64,000 nt of DNA, taken from NCBI GenBank assembly GCA_017617995.1, contig JAFZVE010000072.1:31997-95996 (forward strand), written 5' to 3'. The position numbers were made by a program, and so were the translations under genes. Below are positions 54,858-61,337 of the stretch, piece by piece. This stretch comes from Clostridiales bacterium. GTDB taxonomy: Bacteria > Bacillota > Clostridia > Saccharofermentanales > Saccharofermentanaceae. Each line of letters starts with the position of its first letter. Positions within the stretch are counted from its first letter, which is position 1. Under the pieces are notes generated by a model that was not told the DNA's origin, searched no databases, and saw only the letters and a program-made list of their open reading frames with translations.

Positions 54858-55673
54858 TCACGAAAATTCGCCTTCGTGCTTCTTGAAGAACTCGTAGAAA
54901 TACCGCACATTACTAAGCTCGCTCCACTGCGCCACGTGGTAGTCTGATGAGTCGAGATCATAGATCTTCGCATTAAGAGTCCCGAGCATGAACGGCGAAT
55001 GCGTCGCGAGGATAAACTGGCACCCGAGGAGACGCGCCATCTCGTTGATCATGTTCGCAAGCTCGACCTGGTTTCCCGGCGACAGCGAGACCTCGGGTTC
55101 GTCGAGAAGATAGAGCGCATCGGGCCGGATATAGTCCTTGAAGTACATAAGCGCCGTCTCGCCGTTCGAGAACTTTTCCTGCGAGAACTCGATAAAGCCC
55201 TGCTGTTTCTTCCCGAGTTTCGTCTCGAGAAACGCCTGCGCCGCATCGACGCTCTCGCCCGCTTTCACGCGGTCATAGACCATCCCGTCTGAGAGCACCT
55301 GCCGCTGCTGGATCTTCTTGATCTCGTAGAGGATGTCTTCGCTCTTGATGTACCGGCTCTCGCGCGGCAGGCCCTTGATGGTCCTTCCGGACTCATCCTC
55401 GCCCAACCCCGCCGCGCAGCCGTTACTAAACCTCGCGCAGTAGTTATCGTTTCCGAACGTATTCGGCGTCGCCAGTTCTTTTCCCTTAATATCGAGTGTA
55501 TCCGCAATCACATTGAGAAGCGTCGACTTCCCCGAGCCGTTGTTCCCGTAGAGGACCGTGATCGGCTCGAAATAGAAAGCCAGTCCCTCCCGTCCACGGA
55601 AGACATTGAACGGATAGATATTCGGGCATTTCAGTTTCTCGTCACTCAGTTTGAAACTCTTAAGATAGATCAT
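54858..55673 (-). CDS. stand-alone ABC/SMC-like AAA ATPase (AAA_21-like)
   Basis: Walker A YGNNGSGKST, signature-like FSNGE, Walker B LYLLDEPE and H-loop LATHSP. At 271 aa it has no fused effector domain. Confidence 0.8.
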   Translation of the reverse strand: MIYLKSFKLSDEKLKCPNIYPFNVFRGREGLAFYFEPITVLYGNNGSGKSTLLNVIADTLDIKGKELATPNTFGNDNYCARFSNGCAAGLGEDESGRTIKGLPRESRYIKSEDILYEIKKIQQRQVLSDGMVYDRVKAGESVDAAQAFLETKLGKKQQGFIEFSQEKFSNGETALMYFKDYIRPDALYLLDEPEVSLSPGNQVELANMINEMARLLGCQFILATHSPFMLGTLNAKIYDLDSSDYHVAQWSELSNVRYFYEFFKKHEGEFS

Positions 55674-55731
55674 GTCGCACCACAGTTCTTCTCACCAATC
55701 CTGACTTTGTGTTTTCGCCACGCCACAGGAC

Positions 55732-56112
55732 TTAGCCCGGGAAACCGTTGACGATCACATAGATAATGAAAGAAATAATATCAATCGTGAGGATCCCGGC
55801 GAGTCCGATGAGGACCCACTTCAGGACGCCTTTGACGCGCGAACCGTTCTTCTCGGTCAGGACCTTCTGGTCGATCACGTCGCCGATGGTTTTATGGTCA
55901 TTATCCGGAAGCGGTTCGATTCCTTTTAAGATATAGTCCGTCGTCACGCCGAAAAGCTCGCTCATGATGACCACCTTATCGATATCCGGTGTTGCCTGCT
56001 CGCTCTCCCATTTCGAAACGGCCTGGCGGGATACACCGATCGCGTCAGCCAGCTGCTCCTGAGACATACCCTTGGCTTTACGAAGTGATAAAATTCTGTC
56101 TGCAATTGTCAT
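55732..56112 (-). CDS. XRE-family HTH protein with C-terminal TM segment
   Basis: ILSLRKAKGMSQEQLADAIGVSRQAVSKWESEQATPDIDKVVIMSELFGV and a hydrophobic tail, with AGGAGG RBS. Confidence 0.85.
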   Translation of the reverse strand: MTIADRILSLRKAKGMSQEQLADAIGVSRQAVSKWESEQATPDIDKVVIMSELFGVTTDYILKGIEPLPDNDHKTIGDVIDQKVLTEKNGSRVKGVLKWVLIGLAGILTIDIISFIIYVIVNGFPG

Positions 56113-56337
56113 GTTGTTTGACCTCCTGTCGTTTTGGTAGCCTCACTATACCTTTTCCCGTCATAACATCTCTACCAACTGGGGCTTGAACTTTGTCAAC
56201 CTGAGGTTGCGATACGTATTTTTCAGGGGTTTTCGCGTTTTTTCGGGCGAGTCGGTCCTTCTCATGGATATTGTATCACTTTCTCCTCCGGAGTGTTTCC
56301 GCCGGGTATTTTTCTTCTCCAAAAGCACTTGCCCGGA

Positions 56338-56346
56338 TGGTATAAT
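56338..56346 (+). promoter_or_regulatory. extended -10 element (TGGTATAAT) upstream of the 773-aa lipoprotein gene
   Basis: TGGTATAAT lies ~85 nt upstream of ATG 56432. Confidence 0.4.
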
Positions 56347-56431
56347 CAGATGTGTGTCGTATGTCTACGCCGCCGCAGGATCGTATATAGTTGGGGAAGA
56401 TCTTCGAGGATGGATCAGATAGGACAGGGTT

Positions 56432-58753
56432 ATGGCAAAGAGAAGAGAATTCAGGGATGTAGTTGTTCGGCTCGAGTGCGCCATTTTTATCGTGGCACTG
56501 CTGTTCAGTTCGCTCGCATTTAGCGGATGCACCAGCGGAAAGAAAGAGACGACGAAGAAGGGTAAAAATTCGAAGTCGAAAGATACAAAAGAGTACGTCG
56601 AGACCGAGGACGACGAAACAGAGCCTTCCGATGCGGAAGCGCCGACTGAGTCCGAAACGGAAGCGGAGACGGAGCCTGAAGAGGAGGAAGAGAAGGAACC
56701 GGAAGAAGATCCGGAGCCTCGCGCGCTCGAGATCGCGGCCGAAGTCGGACTCAGCGAGGAGGACCTGCGTGGCGAATATGCGCTTTTCCTGAAGTATGCG
56801 GCTGCCGTTGCAAGTAACCCCGATCTTCACGAATATAGAGGATACATCTATAGTCTCTTCCCGCTTGTCGCCGATCACCTCGAAAGCGAAAACGAAGAAT
56901 ACTTCCTCAAGCAGGTCAACACCCTCTTTTTCATGAACGTCGAGACCGAAGATTTCTGGGGTGGCTTCTCCCCCGACGCCAACGGGATCTTCATCGGAAT
57001 CGATCAGTTTCAATCCTGTACAGCCGGCCAGCAGGCCACAGGGCTTTATCACGAGCTCATGCACTTCATCGACAACTGCATCGACGGACCATATACATCC
57101 ATCTGTTTACTCGATGACGGAAGCTTCGCCAACACCCTCGATTATCCCGAAGAAGAATGGGAGAATATGACGATCATCGAATCGCCGTACTGGGCCGAGG
57201 GCGGCTCCGAGAAGTACTACGCCCGGTATTTCACCTATGCGCCGGAGACGGGCGCCTACCGCGTCGCCGAGCAGTTCCTCGTCGGACTCGAGTATATCTT
57301 CGGAAGTGAGATAATCGACGAGATGTTCTTCGCCCACGACACGGATCTCCGCTTCGTACATCTCCTTCAGGATAATGGTTTCACGAACGACGAGATCGTC
57401 AGGTTCTATAACGTGATGCAGCTGATGCTTGCGCGCGAAGACTCCGGTTTTAGTAATGACGAGCTTCTTGATCCGCAGGAGACACTGATCCGACTCTATA
57501 TCAACAACGTCGGGCCGGACTTCGAGAGTGACGCCCCCTTCTGCCGCATCCTGGCCTCGATGGAGGATCCGGTTCTAAAGCCGATCCCGTCCGAGTACCG
57601 CGATTTCACGAATACGCTCCGTCTCTTCACTGCGAAAGAGGAGGCGAACATGATGCAGAAGATCAGCAGCACCGGCCAGTATTTCGCCATCACACCGGCA
57701 CCGCTTTTCGTAGACGGCGAACTGAAGTTAGTCGCCATCTTTTTCGATTATGTAGATAGCGAAACCGTCGCCAAAGCAGTCATCATGAACTATGATTTCG
57801 AAGAGAACGAGATCGTAGACTTCGAGATCTACGATGACTGGATCCCCGAGACTCTTTACGTCACCCTTCCTTCCGACGACACGCCGGAGGCGCAGGAACT
57901 GATCGAGAGCCTGACCGCCGACAATTCAGAGGCACATACCAAGAAGATAAAAGGCAAGCAGAACGATCTTCAGGATCAATATGCCCGGGCTGAGGAGATC
58001 GGAAACAAGTACGGCATCCGTTTCTGGTTCGGTGATCTGACCCCGGACGGCGTACTCTTCTTCGACGATGTCAAGGCCTGGGATCCCGCTTACATCGACG
58101 ATGCACTCGATCAGATCGAAAATGTGCTTTCGCTCTATCCGGAGGACTATTTCGACCACTTCCTTTTCGAGTATTATTCGGGTATCGCGATCTGTCTTTA
58201 TGATGGAAACTACGAGTTTGCCTATCCCTACCGGAACCTTGTCAAGAACAAAAACTACCTGACACTCTATGTCGATGTGAGTAAGGAAGCGGTAGAGGGC
58301 CATCCCGGCGCGAATGATCTTAGCGTCCAAAACTTCAGGACAGTCCATCCGATCGCAGCTGAACTGATCTGCGATATCTGGATGATGACGGAACAGATCA
58401 TGAAAGACCGGGATGAACATTTCGACGAGGTGACCTTCACCGAGGAAGCCTGGCAGGCACTAAACCCATCGGACTTCGAGTATCTCGAGACCGATTACTG
58501 GGACGAACTCGACACGTACTCGGCTGAGGTCGACATGCAGTATTTCCTCTACACTGGATCACTTCATTCTGCAAAGAACGACCGCATGCTTTTCTATGAG
58601 TACCTGATGCTTGCTGCCCTAACCGGTGAGAACCCTCTGGAGTTCACGCCCGAGTGCCAGGCGAAGATGGACGAGCTACTTTCCATGATCCGCTTCTATT
58701 TCGAGACAGACCAGTGGCCGGATCAGACAACCTGGGAAGCAGCCATCGGATAA
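56432..58753 (+). CDS. large secreted lipoprotein with HExxH motif (putative metalloprotease-like)
   Basis: The N-terminus contains IVALLFSSLAFSGC (lipobox) and an acidic linker. There is a GLYHELMHFIDNC motif. 773 aa, no family recognised. Confidence 0.7.
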   Translation: MAKRREFRDVVVRLECAIFIVALLFSSLAFSGCTSGKKETTKKGKNSKSKDTKEYVETEDDETEPSDAEAPTESETEAETEPEEEEEKEPEEDPEPRALEIAAEVGLSEEDLRGEYALFLKYAAAVASNPDLHEYRGYIYSLFPLVADHLESENEEYFLKQVNTLFFMNVETEDFWGGFSPDANGIFIGIDQFQSCTAGQQATGLYHELMHFIDNCIDGPYTSICLLDDGSFANTLDYPEEEWENMTIIESPYWAEGGSEKYYARYFTYAPETGAYRVAEQFLVGLEYIFGSEIIDEMFFAHDTDLRFVHLLQDNGFTNDEIVRFYNVMQLMLAREDSGFSNDELLDPQETLIRLYINNVGPDFESDAPFCRILASMEDPVLKPIPSEYRDFTNTLRLFTAKEEANMMQKISSTGQYFAITPAPLFVDGELKLVAIFFDYVDSETVAKAVIMNYDFEENEIVDFEIYDDWIPETLYVTLPSDDTPEAQELIESLTADNSEAHTKKIKGKQNDLQDQYARAEEIGNKYGIRFWFGDLTPDGVLFFDDVKAWDPAYIDDALDQIENVLSLYPEDYFDHFLFEYYSGIAICLYDGNYEFAYPYRNLVKNKNYLTLYVDVSKEAVEGHPGANDLSVQNFRTVHPIAAELICDIWMMTEQIMKDRDEHFDEVTFTEEAWQALNPSDFEYLETDYWDELDTYSAEVDMQYFLYTGSLHSAKNDRMLFYEYLMLAALTGENPLEFTPECQAKMDELLSMIRFYFETDQWPDQTTWEAAIG

Positions 58754-58756
58754 ACC

Positions 58757-58810
58757 GAAAAAAGTCAGACTAAAGCTTAGGAAACAAGGGGGATGCTTTA
58801 GTCTGACTTG
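58757..58810. terminator. 15-bp perfect hairpin between convergent genes (T-run on minus strand)
   Basis: AAGTCAGACTAAAGC (58762-58776) pairs with GCTTTAGTCTGACTT (58795-58809). An A6 run precedes it on the plus strand, which is a T6 run after it on the minus strand. Confidence 0.6.
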
Positions 58811-58862
58811 AGGGGGGTGTTCAGGAAATATCCTGAACAGCTACGGAAATGAAATCTGCGGA

Positions 58863-59438
58863 TCAGTAGTACATATCAAATCCGCTTTCGAGGGTATTCG
58901 CATATGTTTTTCCGGCTTCTTCCAAAGCAGGAAGGATATAGTCTTTGTTATATCGGACCACAGAGATGCGGTCGTAAACACGCATGCCCATGTGAGAAAG
59001 TCCGCGCTCGAACTGTGTCAAGCACTCGAGTGTGCCGCGTCCCGTTCCACCCGCGCAGGCGACGAGCACACAGCGCTTCTCGGCAAGAAGGCGGTTATGC
59101 GTGGCATCGCATCTGCGAAGCCGGTCGAAGAATGCCTTGAAACACTCGGTCATATCCGACCAGTACACCGCACTGATGAAAACGATGCCATCGGCGGAGG
59201 CGAGCTTACCATAGATCTCGGCAAAGTCATCACCGATCACGCAGGAACCGGTCTTATTGCAGGTACCCCAGCCGTTCCCGCAGGCACGGCAGTGCTCGAT
59301 ATGCTTACTATTGAGATGGATCTCTTCCACCTCGACCTTCGTCTCGCTTTCCAAAAGTCCGGCAAGAATCTGATTTTTCGCCGTTGCGGTTAGTCCGTTA
59401 AGATTCGGACTTGACCAGATGATTACTACTTTTTTCAT
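58863..59438 (-). CDS. flavodoxin-family / iron-sulfur flavoprotein-like protein
   Basis: ATG 59438 follows GGAGG. MKKVVIIWSSPNLNG and the Cys cluster HCRACGNGWGTCNKTGSC are present. Confidence 0.75.
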   Translation of the reverse strand: MKKVVIIWSSPNLNGLTATAKNQILAGLLESETKVEVEEIHLNSKHIEHCRACGNGWGTCNKTGSCVIGDDFAEIYGKLASADGIVFISAVYWSDMTECFKAFFDRLRRCDATHNRLLAEKRCVLVACAGGTGRGTLECLTQFERGLSHMGMRVYDRISVVRYNKDYILPALEEAGKTYANTLESGFDMYY

Positions 59439-59606
59439 ACAGTCTGCCTCCATTTCCATACGTTTTTCTCTACATCCAAATCCCCGAGTAAAATCTACAC
59501 AGATTATAGTTTTTGCAACGTTTTAAACAAATAAGAGTTTTATCCTGTTTTGCGGAAAAATATCACTATTTTGCTCAATTCATTTCGAATGGTGTATAAT
59601 CCAGAT

Positions 59607-60884
59607 ATGAGAAGGCCGATCACAAAAAAAGATAAGAAGATCCTCGATAAGTACAGCAACCATATCCAGACGCTAATGATGTCCGGTACGGCTGGCTTTA
59701 GTTTTCTCGCGCTTTCCATCGGCACCGCTGTGGGCGGCATCCTCGGCGCTATTGTGGCATTCGGGATACTCGGCGAGCATCATCCGCTTTCCCTTTACAT
59801 CTTCCTGTTCTCTTTTCTTATCGGCGGTGCCCTGGCTGTTTTTTTCACTATGAAGATCGGCACGAGAAGCAAGCGGAATAAGCTCTTCCGCGTTGGCATA
59901 ACACTGTTAAATGGCGCGACGTGCGTAAATAATATCGATGACGAGGAGTTCACCTATACCGAGGACGATCTTCTCGACGAAAACGGGCATCCTTATAAGA
60001 TCCTGTTTACGGAACTCTATAGCAGACCGAAGAAAGGCGACCGGTTTATCGTCCTCGTAAACGGTGATGTGACCTTCCTCATGAAAGCCGAAAACGAAGA
60101 ACTTGCGAGTCTCATCCCGGAGAAAGCGCCACAGGAAGTGCATCCGGATTCCATCGTCATCGCTCACCAGAACGAGCTTCTAAAGAAAACTTCCGTGGCC
60201 CCGCAGGCCGCATCTGCAGCGCAGACCGTGGTGACTCCTACAGCTCAGGCACAGGCTGTGGCTCCTACAGTGCAGGCACAGACCGCCACTACATCTTCAC
60301 AGATCCAGTCGCAGATCCCCAGCGCGTCGGCGCCGACGCCTCTTTACCAGTCGCAGAACGAAGCGTACAGGATTGCGGCTTCAGCTTATGAGAAGCGCCA
60401 GATCGAGACCTTCTACAACCACTATCCGAACACTTCCCGATTCCGCCGTTCTCTGGCCATCCTCGGCACAGGCTTCTTCGGGTTCTGTTTCCTCACCATC
60501 ATTTTCTTCTCCTGTTACGGATTATTCTTCGATGGAACGGCTTACGAAGACCGCTACTTCCCGGTCGCCGTCCCGCTCATCTTCTTATTGACTCCGGTCT
60601 GCATCTGGGTGTGCATCCGCGTTTTCAAGAGGAGTCTTTATAAGAAATACGGTGAGATCAAGGCCGTAAAGCCTGTCCTGCTCGTAAGGACGAACGTCAA
60701 CATGATCGTACCCCATACCCGTGATTTCGTCATCTCGGAGGCTGACATCAACGGCAACATGGTCGTCAATCAGTACCGTGCGCATCCGAATTACGACTGC
60801 GCCGATTCCGATCACATGAAGCCCGGCCAGACGATCTTCAAGTACACCTTCGAAAACGGCGGCATCTTCTTCGGCTCAAAGTGA
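59607..60884 (+). CDS. hypothetical membrane protein
   Basis: The ORF is open from 59550 (TTG). ATG 59607 lies 7 nt after TGTATAAT, so the start is uncertain and the mRNA may be leaderless. It has TM segments and a Q/A/T-rich linker. Confidence 0.6.
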   Translation: MRRPITKKDKKILDKYSNHIQTLMMSGTAGFSFLALSIGTAVGGILGAIVAFGILGEHHPLSLYIFLFSFLIGGALAVFFTMKIGTRSKRNKLFRVGITLLNGATCVNNIDDEEFTYTEDDLLDENGHPYKILFTELYSRPKKGDRFIVLVNGDVTFLMKAENEELASLIPEKAPQEVHPDSIVIAHQNELLKKTSVAPQAASAAQTVVTPTAQAQAVAPTVQAQTATTSSQIQSQIPSASAPTPLYQSQNEAYRIAASAYEKRQIETFYNHYPNTSRFRRSLAILGTGFFGFCFLTIIFFSCYGLFFDGTAYEDRYFPVAVPLIFLLTPVCIWVCIRVFKRSLYKKYGEIKAVKPVLLVRTNVNMIVPHTRDFVISEADINGNMVVNQYRAHPNYDCADSDHMKPGQTIFKYTFENGGIFFGSK

Positions 60885-60902
60885 TTTCACGTCGATCGCC
60901 CA

Positions 60903-61256
60903 TTCCGTCCCTTTTGAAAGTATCATCAATTGGGGACGGAAGATTTCAACGTCCTTCAATGCCAATTCCGTCCTTTTCTCCCAAAATGGCGAAAAGGGAC
61001 GGAAATATAAACGAGGGTTCTTCCCCTTTTCCGTCCCTTTTGAGCAAAATCGCTATTTCGGACGGAATTTTAAGATTCTCGGAGAATCAGATTCCGTCCT
61101 TTTTTTGGAAAATCTTCATTCGGGACGGAAATGCGTATTCCCTCGCAAAGATAATTCCGTCCCTTTTCGACAAAAATACGAAAACAGACGGAAAGCCCTC
61201 AGAAGGCCACATCGGTTTTCCGTCCCTTTGAAAGTATTTGCAAATTGAGACGGAAT
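60903..61256. repeat. hairpin-repeat array C: six units, exact 63-bp period (TTCCGTCC ... GGACGGAA)
   Basis: TTCCGTCC starts at 60903, 60966, 61029, 61092, 61155 and 61218. GGACGGAA-like arms start at 60934, 60997, 61060, 61123, 61186 and ~61248. Loops and inter-unit spacers vary in sequence. Confidence 0.95.
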
Positions 61257-61259
61257 GGC

Positions 61260-61291
61260 AAAAAAAGACGCCCCCGAATCTCAGGAGCGTC
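61260..61291 (-). terminator. predicted terminator after the HerA-like gene
   Basis: The minus strand reads GACGCTCC-TGAGATTC-GGGGGCGTC followed by TTTTTTT (plus-strand A7 at 61260-61266). Confidence 0.55.
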
Positions 61292-61337
61292 CGATAATTC
61301 ATATGACTTGGAAACGAAATTCCGGTCTCCGCCGGCC

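Noticed and set aside
59550-59606. Using the track start (TTG 59550) for the membrane protein
   Set aside because: A good extended -10 element (TGTATAAT, 59592-59600) lies inside this extension, and the first ATG (59607) follows it by 7 nt. The upstream extension is therefore more likely promoter than coding sequence. The start remains uncertain.
60881-61231. 116-aa ORF across array C with 21-aa repeats (IPSL-x7-DG), and the minus-strand ORF 61087..61377
   Set aside because: The only conserved residues (IPSL, DG) are the translations of the two complementary DNA arms, TTCCGTCC and GGACGGAA. The intervening residues are not conserved. The ORF starts with a GTG overlapping the upstream stop and has no RBS. 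Conservation is therefore at the nucleic-acid level. A real repeat protein cannot be fully excluded without expression data.
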